The notes: a model not told the origin generated them from the sequence alone. A stretch of DNA of 64,000 nucleotides from Tubiluchus corallicola (GCA_030141605.1 JAQGDQ010000111.1:124001-188000), one strand, 5' to 3'; counted from the first letter of the stretch, positions 1-12,623 are shown. Numbers and translations: made by a program.

Positions 1-2740
1 AATTTCAGCTGTAAGAAGCTTAAGCTTCTCATTGTTGTTTGAGATTTTGAATTTTCACATGATTGGTATGTGAAACAGGTAACTGATAATTGATGATTGA
101 AATAGGTAACTATACATGTGAACCTACTTCACCTGCCAGGTAAAATCTCCAACTCTTTTGTAATAGTTTGGTGCTCTGCAAACCAGAATCTTATCTCTCA
201 ATGGCAAATCATATTGTACAGGTTGAAAGGACTTTGCCAGAACGATAACCATGCCAGTAGCTAATACCAAGCACATGTAATCCTTTGAGAATAGATATTG
301 GACAAGCAGAGGTCACTTAGCCACACACAGATGCACAAACACATTTCCTCAATGAAAGAAATGGCTGGTGTAATATGACAGATGGAACCATGCAGCTTCC
401 ATTTATCCAGCAGTGAGCAGTCGCCCATTTATTTACTAACTAGATTTGGTGCTGCTTAACTTTCCTAGACTTCATAAAAAATGGTGGTGCCCAGCGATTG
501 TTTGATTCTGGATTTTTTTTTGGTTTACATATGGCTTCACAAAAATTTAGCATATTGAGCATTTTGTATAACTTGCTTGTTAAAACTAGAGTAATTATAG
601 TTGTTGTTATAAATATATTGTTACATTGTGGTGGTAAAAACTGTTTAAATTTATGTAATAAAAGTATTGTATGTGACATAATAAATGCATTTTTAACTTT
701 ATTTCTTTATTAATGTGATACTTCATTGATCCAAAAACTTTTCTAATAGTCAGGCAGAGTTAAATTACCAACAACTTTTTATGATGCATGTACTTTACAG
801 TCAAATGATACCATAATGCTTTCTTATTATGCACATAGGTGGTGCCACATATTGATTATTAGTCTCATGACAACATTGGTTTTGCACAATATATCCCACT
901 AAAGTGTTTTCAGTGTCTGCTGAATCTCCTACTGAGACTATTCTTGGAGAAAACACGAACTTTTAACTGACAGTAGTACATTGAATGGATGTAGCTTAAC
1001 CAAAACACGAAAAAAATGCTTAAAAATTGTTTGCCTGTTTATTTTGCTGTCAAGCAGTATTTCTAGGAAACTTAAAAAAATGCGACACTTTTTACCACTG
1101 TTGAGAACTGCATTTTTAATTTCTTATTCGTACTGTGTAAGTACTGAGATTATGAGAGTACAGCTGTCGAATTGTAGCCGTAAGCGAAACTGTTTTAATT
1201 GAACGTCCCCTCTCATTTACGTTTGCTTTTCAATGCTTGGCCAACTTCTCTGAGTAACACCCACTGAGAAAACATCAAACACTCACGTACCAAACAGACT
1301 GGAAAAATTGGAAAAATGCTTTGCCTGCCGAAATGATTTTCTTTTATAATTTCACATTTCTTGACACGAATGTAAGGTTTCTAAAGTTTCAGTCAACAGT
1401 ACAAAAAATTTTGATGCGAAATGAGATAACAAAATTTAATACAGCAAGTACGTAAAAAACAGATGGCAATTTTATCCACAGATACGAGATTGCTATTTAT
1501 TTTTTGTACAGCCCAGAGTTTGCCAGCTGGGATTCAGCAGTTAACCCAGTGTAGGTGGCTGTGGCAGGATTAGAACCTCTAGAATCTCATCAATTACGGC
1601 AATTTCTAAGATGAAACACTGTTCCAACAGGGGAGTTTGAGCGACATTCGCCTGTGTCTACATTCTTCCTCAACGACATAAATACAGTTGGGCCGGATGG
1701 CAGACCAAACCGCTCAGATTGAGTACCTATTGAAGTGACAGTTACTCGTTGTTCACCAACCAGGCATTATTTAAGTTTGGCAGCCAAACATGCGCAGTAA
1801 TCAACAGGCCTAATCACATTTTTATTCATCTTGCCCATTGCTTGACAAAGTTGAGACATCTTGGCTACATGCATTAATAATATAATGCAAAGTTTATATA
1901 GGAACAAGCATACATTTTGGCACAGTAAGGCTAAAGTATCGGATCTGTCACTTCTGTTTGGAAGTCGAAAAGCAACCAAAACTTGGTAAATTGCCATACG
2001 TGATTGTGTTTGCTTATCAATATTAAAGATTCCGGGGAGCATCAAACAACATTTACTTATGTACTTCTGTGGTCTGGGTACCTGTTTATCAAACAATATG
2101 AATGGGGAATCCTATTTACCTATGTAATTAAAGTGTAAAATTAATGCGTGTTGGAAATGTTGGTTAATTATGAGTGGATGCCCAAATTTTCAGACACACA
2201 AATTGCACCCAGCAATAAAGGCTCTGGTATATTTATGATCTTGCTAAATACAGACCAAAGTCTTGACAACTTTACTGTAATACGAAGCCCCACTAAACAA
2301 CAATCATACCAATGCTTATGAAAAAATGAAGCCATGATTTTTTATCTATCTTTAACCTGTGTAATACGCTTGGAGTAGCGCGTCCCAAGAATATCACAGT
2401 GCAAATGAGGTTTGAATCTCAATTTGCAAAAATTTAGCCCCCACTTTTTTTGGTTTACAATAGGTATCATAGAAACTGCATATTAGAAATTATGCACATG
2501 AATTTACATTTGAGTTATAACTGGATTTTATTTAGTAAGCTAAATGTAATAGATATGTCACTTTGATAACCTTTAGGATAGCGATTTGTCTTTAGTCTTT
2601 AGGATAAGCGATTTGTTTTTCAAATTCACAGTTTGGCACTGATGCAAGCTAGCATTCACCACTCATGGGTAACTGAATGATGGGTAGATGTGGGATGATG
2701 GGTTGATGGGTAGGACCAGAATGCAGCTTATTATCAAAAA

Positions 2741-2945
2741 TAACATCCTAAGATTGCAACATAGTGAGCCAAGAGGCGTTGCTGTTTAGCTATGTTCAGA
2801 TTCGTATGCAAACTCTTTCAACAGAGTAAACAGTTGATATTAATGGTACTGAAATTGCCAAGATGCAGTTTTCAATGTGTTCACCCATTCATGTCCTGAC
2901 CATGTTCAGCAGTGCTTAACTTCATCAGCTAAGCACAGACCCCAA
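2741..2945 (-). mobile_element. Degenerate 5S-related SINE fragment (older family)
   Basis: Minus strand reads TGTGCTTAGCTGATGAAGTTAAGCACTGCTGAACATGGTCAGGACATGAATGGGTGA, resembling the 5S internal control region. AGGATGT lies downstream, as in the 13.9-kb and 22.7-kb copies. Confidence 0.5.
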
Positions 2946-3662
2946 TGACTACACAGCGAGATCTTCGTTTTAAAACAACAGTAGCAGTAGATTCTTTTTG
3001 GTTTACGTACAGTTCTACATCATTTAAAGAACAAATGCAAACAATTTAAGGATGCAAGCATCTTATTAGACTATATAGCACGCTAGCCAAGTCTCCACCA
3101 TGTAACAAATAATGTGGTCAAACAGATTGAATCTTAATGGCATGTGGTAATGAAAAATTTTATAGCCATCAAACCTGCAGAAAAACTGAGACTACAAAAA
3201 GTACCTATGTAGAATCGTTAAAATGTGAGCTATCTTCTGACAAAGGCAATAATTTGAGGTACAAAGAGTTATTTAAGAAAACAGTAGAAAAGGCTGCAAC
3301 TTGGAGTTGCTTAATAGTAGCAAGATGAAATAGCACACTTGTGTATCCAGTACAAATGGGAAGCCATAACATCACAGAACCACCAAAAAGAGACTCGATA
3401 AGTCATAATAGTGCTGTAAGTTGTTAAAATTAGCAAAAATATGCTTCGCTTTCAACAGCTAAACATTTATTTTTCCTATTTTTCTAAATTTCACACATTG
3501 ATTTAAGACAAAAATCACAATTTAGCTTAAAAGAAAATATCTAACGGAAGTGAAGCACCGAGTTCAATTTAGAAAAACCTAAGATTTGTTGCTATTTGCA
3601 AAATATAAATACTCTAACATCACTAATTAATAAAACTTGATCACAACTATGTTGTCTAGACC

Positions 3663-4508
3663 TTAAGAGCCTTTGAATAATATGTTAAAGAGTATCGGTA
3701 TTGTTAACGCTATTGAACCATATATTAAAACAACCGTTGCTAAGGAGTGTAACTTGATCTTCCACTCGATATCTTCTTGTGTTTCTTCTATTAGTTCCTG
3801 CACTTCTGGCGCAACATACACAATTTGCACATCAGAGTCTTTTTTAGCACGGGCGGCAATTAACGCTTTGATCTCTTTCATGTCCTTTGCCACCTTCTCT
3901 TCCTGACGGTCAACAGTGTCGAGTATCTCACGTGTCTTTGCCTCTAACTCTGGACCTCCAATAGGCTGGCGGTCAAACAGGAGAGTTTTGCCGGCTGCCT
4001 GGTCTTTGAGTATTGACTTCAGATCATCAACGAATGACTGCATCACATTGTACTGCGATTTCAAACTGGATGAAAGCTCTATGATCAAATTTTGCAGTTG
4101 TCCACCACCGGAGTCCGTCACCATACCTTCAAGCTCCTTCAGCCGAATGTGGTTGCTGACCATGGTGGCAATTATTCCAAATATCGCACCGATTATTGAA
4201 CCTATCACAGCCCAGTACTTAGTCTTCTCGGCGTAAGCCCGCTCTTTTTCATGGCTTTCACGTATGGCGGTTGAAAGAACGTGGAACTGGTCCCGTTCAA
4301 GTTTTTCCAGCAAGCTGAACTCTGCCAGCGCAGTCGTTTCTTCTTTGATAATTGCATGCTCTTTTGTCACTAGTTTGAGGTATCGATCCTCTCCTCTGGA
4401 GACTTTGTCAAGTTCGACATGAACATCTTTTAGTCGATATTGGATGTTTTGAATTAGGTTCTGCTGCACACGTCTATTCGATTGCGATTCTGCAAACTTC
4501 TTTTCGAC
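3663..4508 (-). CDS. CCDC51: CCDC51 (mitochondrial potassium channel MITOK) exon 2, to the stop codon
   Basis: Acceptor ..ttacacag|GTC at 4509/4508. Encodes a coiled coil, then RESHEKERAYAEKTKYWAVIGSIIGAIFGIIATMVSNHIRLKEL, which matches the CCDC51 motif RESHEKER..AE.TK.WS.IGS..GA..G (TM1), and a second TM at the C-terminus. Candidate polyA signal AATAAA (minus strand) at 3466-3471. Confidence 0.93.
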   Translation of the reverse strand, partial: VEKKFAESQSNRRVQQNLIQNIQYRLKDVHVELDKVSRGEDRYLKLVTKEHAIIKEETTALAEFSLLEKLERDQFHVLSTAIRESHEKERAYAEKTKYWAVIGSIIGAIFGIIATMVSNHIRLKELEGMVTDSGGGQLQNLIIELSSSLKSQYNVMQSFVDDLKSILKDQAAGKTLLFDRQPIGGPELEAKTREILDTVDRQEEKVAKDMKEIKALIAARAKKDSDVQIVYVAPEVQELIEETQEDIEWKIKLHSLATVVLIYGSIALTIPILFNILFKGS

Positions 4509-5386
4509 CTGTGTAAGAAGAGAAACTTTTAACACAATCACTGTTTTCCTTCTATACCAGTCAGACACTAAATTTTATGAAGGTTTCTTTGAATGTCTGT
4601 CCGAACAAATATATGGAGCAAGCAACAGGCTGAAAATTTGGTGGGTTTGATATAAAACAGGCTACAATGCGTTTATTTCCAAACATATTGATAATTTGCA
4701 GTTGCTAGGGGCAAACTAACAGTAAATAAAAGTTCGCGAACTCATTATTTTAGAGCAGTATAGGATAAATGTGTTTTGCCTTCCATTCTAGCCATTTCTT
4801 GCATTCAATGATTAAAATCACAAGCTTTAGCATGGAAGTGATTCTGAAATCTTAGTTGATGAGCAGATTAAATTTCTATGATCCAAGAGTAAAATAGTTT
4901 GTCTTGTTACTCGAGTATTGAGTCTTCTGGTTAAATGTCCACCGCGAAAGTGCCTTACTAGCTATGTGCTGCCCTTAAAGTCTATCTACCAAGTTGCTGG
5001 TTTTTATACGCACTGTAAACTGGAATCTGGTCACAGTCCAGCTTTTAACAGCAGGACTAAGGCCTGCTTAACACAGTGTTTGCGGCAAGATCTCAAAACC
5101 TACATATTATCAACTACAGCTACCCAGGATGAGCTCTGAATCAGCAGAGGTGTTTTACTCATATTTGCCTGTATATATATTATCCTTTTTTATAAGGTAA
5201 ACAGCAAACATCAAAGTTCAGTCAGCACGAAGTGAAAAAGAATATCATCTATATCATTGAGTAAGTGACTACACAGGATAATTTTAATTATAACATCCAT
5301 TAACTTTTATTACAGCCTTCCGTATACCGCTGTATATCTGTTTTTCAGGTATCCCGGCTGTAGAGATGGTAAATAGCATACAGTAC

Positions 5387-5590
5387 CTGAAATACTTTCT
5401 CTTGTGCTTGTTTGACTTCTGTGATTCCCATGAAATCCTCAAAAGCTTTCATCAAAGCATTAATTTGTTCCGTGGCTGGTCGTTGATTTGCATACTTAAT
5501 TCCACTCTTAGTTACTTTATTGGAATAAGATCTAAAACGTGATACGTTACGTGCACAAAATCTTATGCGGCTAATCACGTAAGCCGCCAT
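5387..5590 (-). CDS. CCDC51: CCDC51 exon 1 (68 codons, mitochondrial presequence-like N-terminus)
   Basis: ATG at 5590. Arg/Ser-rich, acid-free N-terminus, then FEDFMGITEVKQAQEKVFQ (CCDC51 motif YEEFVGL.EV..AQ..V). Donor CAG|gtactg at 5387/5386 is phase 0 and joins exon 2 in frame, giving 349 aa. Confidence 0.9.
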
Positions 5591-5926
5591 TACTCCGAAA
5601 GAAAAAACAGTCGATAAAGTTAATGGTTAGCATTTTGCTGTTTTTGTAAAATAACGGCCAAGAATGTGTTTCAGAACGCCAAAAAATGTTACAGATTTAT
5701 TTCTACTTCACATTTTGTGCAATTTTGCAAAACGCCATTTTTTATAACTTTTGTCGGCTGATTGTGTCAGGGACGTCACAAACCTATCCCAAAATCCAAT
5801 GTAAAAATGTCTGCGCCCTGTTAAAAGCATTTTATATGCTTGATTTTGAAGTTTGTTTGGGTTGTCAAGGAATTTTATTCGGCAGTTACATTGTCTTGTT
5901 CTTACGAGTATGAATTCCAGTTCAAA
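5591..5926. promoter_or_regulatory. Shared bidirectional promoter/5' UTR region of CCDC51 and ALG12
   Basis: Divergent ATGs with 336 bp between them. YY1-like CGCCATTTT at 5733-5741, CRE-like GACGTCAC at 5772-5779, and GCCGCCATT overlapping the CCDC51 start codon. Confidence 0.7.
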
Positions 5927-6055
5927 ATGCTAGAGTTATTGCCTTTAGTAGTGGCTTTGGTTCACCTTTTGACTTGTCCATTCACGAAAGTGGAGGAGAG
6001 TTTCAACATTCAAGCAATTCACGATTTATTGTACCATGGTTTGAGTATAAATCAG
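5927..6055 (+). CDS. ALG12: ALG12 alpha-1,6-mannosyltransferase exon 1
   Basis: [37 protein letters not shown] contains the ALG12 hallmark CP(Y/F)[12 protein letters not shown]. Donor CAG|gtgtgt. Confidence 0.95.
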
Positions 6056-6119
6056 GTGTGTTACTATGATTTTGACTGATATTTCTGTTCAGACACTAGG
6101 TGGCCTTGTACCGCAGGAG

Positions 6120-6708
6120 TGTTTGTTGCGTCTAAGGCAAAACTGGATCCTATTTGAAACTGTAGGTCAAAACAATCTACTCTAAAATATTGAAAGGAAA
6201 TATACTATTTTTCAAAAATGACTCACATGAAAAAATTATTATTACACAAATGCAGTTTCACGTTCATGCCACTAGTTCTTTGCTGTTGCATGCTTTTTTC
6301 CGCTCGCTAGTTAGATGGGCACTAGCACCTGCTTTTTGGAACGCATGGCATAAATAACAGGTGCTGTACCTCTCAGTTCAGATGTGTTAGTTTATGATGT
6401 ACAACACACGTTCGACAGCTCATGCGTAAGCACAGCAGTTAATTTGAAATTTGAATTTTTATCTTTAAACCTCCTGAGTTTTAGTACAACACACTGAGTC
6501 ACTTAAGTAGTGTTGTACTTAAATTTTCGTTTTCACAAGCACGTGCAACTCGCTGAACATACTGAAAATTAGATTCGTTTGTGATGTCATCAATAGTTGG
6601 GCTCGCCCACCATTAATTAAGATTTTAATCCATTATATAATTATCAAAAATGCGTTTGCAGTATATAAATGTATACTTTTTACTGTACTTAAAAATGGGG
6701 TAGTATAT
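6120..6708. mobile_element. ~590-bp interspersed repeat in ALG12 intron 1 (copy 1), possibly Helentron-associated (HINE/DINE-1-like)
   Basis: Co-linear with 31780-32388 over its whole length. Ends in the self-complementary TATACT...AGTATA; a partial inverted match ATATACTA lies near 6200. Confidence 0.75.
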
Positions 6709-6763
6709 CTTTTCTTCTTTAAGCCTCAATTTATGAAAAATTTTGTACTCTTATGTTTTGCAG

Positions 6764-6896
6764 TATGACCACTTGGAGTTCCCTGGAGTGGTACCTAGGA
6801 CTTTCATTGGACCAATGCTTGTTAGCAGTCTATCACATCCATTTGTTACAATTGCACATCTACTTCAAGCAAACAAGTTTATAGCTCAAATTATTG
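6764..6896 (+). CDS. ALG12: ALG12 exon 2 (not in the ORF track)
   Basis: ttttgcag|TAT; encodes [17 protein letters not shown]..., a conserved ALG12 motif. Donor G|gtaagg. Confidence 0.95.
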
Positions 6897-7673
6897 GTAA
6901 GGCTTAAAAAGCATGTGGTTTACATGCTTGCTTTACAAAACAGTTGGCAAGGGATGCTTATGAGTTACTAATGGCACATACTTTAGTTCACATGCACAAT
7001 GTTCAAGATTAGCAAAATCGAAAAAAGCCTAATTCGTGACATCAGTAACGTTCTTAGAATTGAAATAAAATGCATAACAAATTTGAAGAGTGGAAATCAA
7101 AAAGTAAAGAAATTTTGGAACTGGTAAAGGATTTTTTAGATTTGTCTAAAAGCTAAGTTACAATTATGATATAGTAATAGTAGTTGTAGTGGTTGTGTTA
7201 GTGGTAGTGGTAGTGGTAGTGGTAATAGTTTCGGTAGCCCTTGATTAGGGATAAAATTACTCTGATTTGTTTTTGACTTACCATCACTATCAGTTCCACA
7301 TACAATTGCTCTTTATTATTTTCCCTTTAACTAAACTGATTCTTGCATAAGACAAAGCCGTGACTTTGAAACCACGAAGAAGTGTGGAATTTTGGGAATA
7401 CAAACGTTGTACATGTTTTTGTTAGCAAAAAGTCGATTTAATGACTAATCTTATGCTGGATGAACTAACTGTTTTCTTATTTTTGCATGTGCGTTTGTCT
7501 GAATTGTGTTATGTATGTACTTATCATCCGATCTGAATTGCTAATTTACCTTTTGCTGAAGGTAATTAAATACTAATAACTCGTAATAGAATTAGTAATA
7601 GATTAGTATTGAGACAGAGATTTGTATATTTAACAGTGACTCTCTAAATCGTAGTTGTTTTCTACTGTTTCAG

Positions 7674-7847
7674 TTCGCGGTATGCTGGGCATTGTCGTCT
7701 TGGCCTGTTTCTACAAGTTCAGCATGACAGTCAAGAAAAACTTTGGAGTTGCTGTTCACAATTGGCTTATCTTCATCACCTGCAGTCAATTTCATTTTCT
7801 GTTCTACTGCACTAGGCCGTTACCCAACACTTTTGCACTAGCCATCG
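7674..7847 (+). CDS. ALG12: ALG12 exon 3
   Basis: tttcag|TT; encodes VRGMLG...SQFHFLFYCTRPLPNTFALAI. Donor G|gtgagt. Confidence 0.95.
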
Positions 7848-8171
7848 GTGAGTGATGATGTCACAAATTTTCTAATTTTGGCCTGCTTTTTACATTCAGT
7901 CGATAGACCAAGGTTCACTACTTGTACTTAACATTGATGCCTGTTGTATAACCAGAACCTGATTATCTATGAAGAATAAAATGAGGTATTAAACTGGGAG
8001 AGATGTGTTAGCCATGATTGCATGATGTACACATGTGCCCTCAATGAGCAAAGAGCTTCAGGCAGTATTACCAAAGAAATTACCTTGAGGTCGGGTTTAA
8101 TTAATCTGGTATGCCAAGAAGTCTGATGTTAAGTTGCAAAACAGGTAGCCAAAAATAATTAAAAACCAGTT

Positions 8172-8459
8172 CAGTAAGACCTCGTTTAACGACGCTAATG
8201 CAAAAGAGGTCGTTAAATGAAGCCAAGACTTCCATAGAAAGCAATGTAAAACAATTGCTTACTTACTAGTGCATGTTTAGAACAGACTTATGCAATACGT
8301 ACTGTTCTAATGCATCAGATTAGATAAAAATGTTGTTCATAAAATAAAAACTTACCTTGAGCAGAGTAAACAAAAAATTGTTGTTAAAGTGAAATGTGCA
8401 TGTTAAATGAGAAAAGGTCAATGTCACTAAATGGGGAGTCGTTAGGCAAGGACTAACTG
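8172..8459. mobile_element. pogo/Tigger-like MITE
   Basis: TIRs CAGTAAGACCTCGTTTAACGAC and (reverse complement) CAGTTAGTCCTTGCCTAACGAC match at 17/22. GTTAAATGA recurs internally. The TA target-site duplication has decayed. Confidence 0.6.
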
Positions 8460-8798
8460 TGTGTGGACTGCACATTGTGAGACCATTATTCTCGGTTCTT
8501 CCACAGAACAGCTACGTCTTTAAATTCTATGTACAGCCAACTGTGTGTTCAGTGTAATGTCCTAGCAGTTGCACAGCTTGCGGTGGCAAGTCAAGAATGT
8601 GTTGAACTACATGCAAGCGAAATGCTACTGATTTACATTTTGTGTTATTTGCTAGTGTTACATTAGAATGTTCTGTTAAACTGTTATTCTTAACACTTTG
8701 ATCGTCAATTAATTTTGAAATTCAAATCATAGCAAACCATAGGCAGCGAAATAGCCAGAACTGTGCATTACTATATGTGTTATATTTTTGACTTTTAG

Positions 8799-8993
8799 TT
8801 CTATTAGCTTTGCGTTTCTGGATTAACCAAGATCATCCACGATTCATCCGCTATTCTGCATTTGCCATCGTTGTTTTCCGTAGTGAGCTGTGTGTGTTTC
8901 TCGGACTCATGTTGCTGCTGGATCTGGTTAACAGACGGGTGACCATTTTAGCAGTTTTAAAAGAGGCCATTCCAGCTGGTCTATTGTGTTTAG
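8799..8993 (+). CDS. ALG12: ALG12 exon 4
   Basis: cttttag|TT; encodes VLLALRFW...[15 protein letters not shown]...GLLCL. Donor AG|gtaagc. Confidence 0.93.
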
Positions 8994-9474
8994 GTAAGCA
9001 ATCATAGAAACATGTCTACATGACCTAGAAAAATAATATAAAAGTTTAGGTTTTTTGCTTGACAGGGAATGTACTAGTACTAGAATTAAATTGTATAATA
9101 TCTTATGTCATGTGCATTTTTAGGAAGGTCACTTAGTTGTGTTTTGATGTTGCTTGTTTGGTTTTTATTGAACAAAGTTTCTTGGAACAATTCTGGAAAC
9201 TAGCCAAGTGCAAGAATACCAGATAAAAATGCTGATTGAAAACATAATACTTGAATTGAAACCTGTGGAAATTTGTGATTTTTTATTTTTGTATTCTGTC
9301 ACAAAATTATTTAATCAAGATTTGTAAAGTCGTGTCCATGAGCTTATAAATATATTTTGCAAAGTTTGTCTGTAGCTACATATTTTTTTTAATGCATACT
9401 AGCCTTTACAAGGTCTGCAAGAACTGCGGTCCAATGCCAAAATAAAAAATCATTAAAGACATGCTGTAGTACAG

Positions 9475-9987
9475 CAGTGGCGGCTCGTAGCTAAAATTAG
9501 TGCGGGTGCTGCTTCAGAAAATTTTTAGCCATTGTTTTAATACTGTGTAAAACAAAACAAACATAAGTAATTTTAATGTTGTAATTTGTAGTCAAACATA
9601 TGAAAGTTTATACATAAACAAGATAAAATCCAAAGCAAAAAAATATTTTCTGCTTACTAATAGCTTAAATTGTTGCAGTTCTAGCTTGGTCCTTTCACGG
9701 TAAGCATGTGACAACTGACAATAAAGTGTGTTAGCGACAGTACTTTCTCTACCTAGGCTGAGACGTGTGCATGGCCGCATATGCACAACGGCTAAACACC
9801 GCATTGCTAGAGCGTGCTGTGCTGGGTTGTGAAGCAAACAGTACAACCCTTACATGCTCTGGCTCTGTACATGTATAAAGAAAGAGCTAAAGAAAAAAGA
9901 CTTTTATTATATTGAATATTATTGATAATATTGAGTGAAAATAAGGGGCGCTGCAGTTTGACAGTACCTATGCATTAGCTGCCTCTG
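9475..9987. mobile_element. Non-autonomous hAT-type element (513 bp)
   Basis: TIRs CAGTGGCGGCT / CAGAGGCAGCT (9/11) and a perfect 8-bp TSD TAGTACAG at 9467-9474 and 9988-9995. Confidence 0.85.
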
Positions 9988-11324
9988 TAGTACAGTCTCT
10001 GGTCTCTGACTGATGTCAATATTCTGTTACTCACAATGTAAGTGTGAACTTTTGATTTAAAAAATCCAAATTTAAAGTAGGATTTTGGAGTACTACTCAG
10101 TTGTAAAGCACTAATATTTAAATTGAGTATACGACTCAAAATTTCTAAAAATTGTTTTGTAAAATATGATATTGCCGTGATAGTGCAAATTGTTGTGTTA
10201 GCAGTGTAATACAATACAAACTAGTTGACAATGTTACTGATGTGGTCAGAAATAGAACCGGGGGAAATCAAGAAGATTCTGCTTGCACTGTATGAAAAAC
10301 AATAAGATTTTGCTATTGTAAAATCTTAACTGTTCTTCAAACTCACCCTAATAAAAAAGAATGACGTGGTCCAGTGAATTTTACATTTCATATTATTCTA
10401 AGAACCATTGTAAGCTATTTTTGTTACGACTATTAAATAAAATAACAGGTTGTATTTTTGCATAGATTTTCTATGAGAAATTGAGAAGTGAATGCGTGTT
10501 ACATAGGCCATTTTGGAGATATGGCAGGCAGCCTGCATAAAATCTTTAAATTAGACTTAAGTTTTTTCAAGCAAAACTGGTTGAGAAGATGGACATTTCA
10601 AAAGCAAAAATAGACATTTCTGCTTTGTCTATAATTGTCTATAAATTGAGCAACTAATGACAGGTTTATAATTATGGTTATCCTTGATAAATAAGATAGG
10701 TTTCAGTTCTGCCACAATGGCCTCCATTAAGTGGACATGCTGGTGAGCTCAGGATTATGGCTTGTAAAGTGCCAAATGTATAAAAAAAAGCAGGTCCAGA
10801 TTACCAAGATGAATTCACACCAAAAGCCAAAAGGTCCCGCCTTTTTGAATTGATTGATAAGTAACTTACTCACTCAGTAAATCCATCTCGGCCTCTATAT
10901 TGACAAATTACCAAATACAATATTCAGTCGGGCCTTGGCTATCGAGTATGGGTATATTGGAAATTACCCAATGGCTAACTGTTCAAGTGGAGTTAGTAAG
11001 TTGTCACAAACAATTTCTTACTGTCATATTTGACTTTTTTTTACAAATTTTCTTATTTTGGTTATTTGCTCAGTTTTCATTTCAAGAATTTTTGTATTCA
11101 TTGCAATGACTGCAACATTGCCAATCTGTTACTCTTTTATAAATTATGGGCTAAACTGAAAAAAATTGTTAATTAATGTCAAGCTAAAGGTTACAGCAAT
11201 TTAAAGCTATGGATTATAAAAGTAATTGTTTCAAGGCATTGTGTTTTGCATTATATTACAAGGACTCAGGTTCAAATATTGGTTCAGCCAGACCTTATTC
11301 TTTCAATGGATTTTTTTCTTTTAG

Positions 11325-11428
11325 CTTTTACTGTGATGATTGACTCGTATTTTTGGAGACGTCTGATTTGGCCGGAGGGAGAGGTGTTCTGGTACAACAC
11401 GTTCTTAAACAAGAGTAAAAACTGGGGT
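11325..11428 (+). CDS. ALG12: ALG12 exon 5
   Basis: cttttag|CT; encodes [35 protein letters not shown], followed by the U12-type donor GTATCCTTTT. Confidence 0.95.
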
Positions 11429-12623
11429 GTATCCTTTTATCATTGTACTAGAAGGAGATTTCCAGTAATGCCATAACTTCACCTTAACAATGTCTGCAAT
11501 GTTTTAGCAGAAGTGCTGAAATGCCACTGATGTAGCTGATGCGCTGGGCTGACTGCTGGAGATTACTTATTTTAAAAACAGATTTTTTTTTGTAGATTAG
11601 AGATGTGCTTACTGGACATCATCAACACACACGACTGACGTTTGATGATGACATCTGCAATATATTGACAATTTGGCACATCTCTGTCAGAAGTGGGACT
11701 AGTGCTGACTGAACTGCCTGCCATGTTTCTTGTCTTGAGGCAGATTTTACAAGATTTCTCTCGCCCAATTTACCAAGCAGATACAAGATGTGCAGCGCAT
11801 GATTCAATTGCAGAGAAATGGGATGGTCGCCGTGTGTGATATTTGTAAGCTAAGTTAATCACCGATGAGTCTGATTAGTAAATGGATGCATAAGTGGTGC
11901 TAGGAATATTGATTCTGTGATTTTCATCTGCTTTTTTTTATTGGGAGGGTGTGTCCATGTGCAACCTAATTAGACTAAGTTGTTTCTACTAGTTCAATGC
12001 CTCATTTTAGAAAACGCAATTTTTTCTTTCATACTGAGTGAGGTGCCAGTTCTGCCATAGCCATTAATGTAACAAATAAGCATCACCATTAAGTGCTGAA
12101 TTTTTATTTGTAAATATAAAAATGTACCTTCTTTTTCAGTTATTTCTTCCACCATTTAAGATATGTACGATTTAGTCTTAATCGGTTTTGTTAGTTACTT
12201 GGTCAAAATCATTAGATCAATGGTTCAATGTTCAGTTACAGCTCAGCCTGAGTTCACAGTAATGAACCTTCAATGAACACAGTAATCCACATCCAAAGGT
12301 ACTTTTCACAGTAAAAAAGTTAATTATCTAAATATGTTACTATGGCATATTACTTTATGAGCAAATTTTACATAAATAAATAAATCTGCAACCGACTTCC
12401 CAGCTCAATAACCAAGCTTTAGGGGCATTTGCTCACATTACGAAGTTATAGCTAGCACTTACCTGCTACTAAAATTTTTTGTAATTGCAAAAGGTGAGTT
12501 GCGTAAACTTTACCGCAGATTTTTTTCTACTATACCTATGTAGAAATTATTTTTTTATTAACAATGATTTTTTAATTAATGCAAAATGACTATAATTCCT
12601 TTTTTCCTTAACAGAATTTACAG
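11429..12623 (+). other. GT-AG U12-type (minor spliceosome) intron in ALG12
   Basis: 5' splice site GTATCCTTTT; branch site TTTTTCCTTAAC at 12601-12612; 3' splice site CAG at 12621-12623 with no polypyrimidine tract after the branch point. Splicing restores NWG|[11 protein letters not shown] in frame. Confidence 0.93.

Noticed and set aside
1512-2096. Possible exon or ORF (109-aa ORF and neighbouring frames)
   Set aside because: No recognisable domain and no consistent splice sites or reading frame.
3673-4236. Plus-strand ORFs of 77 and 106 aa
   Set aside because: Antisense shadows of CCDC51 exon 2.
12613-12614. Upstream AG as the ALG12 intron 5 acceptor
   Set aside because: Too close to the U12 branch A, and it would insert NLQ into the conserved NWG-T.P motif.
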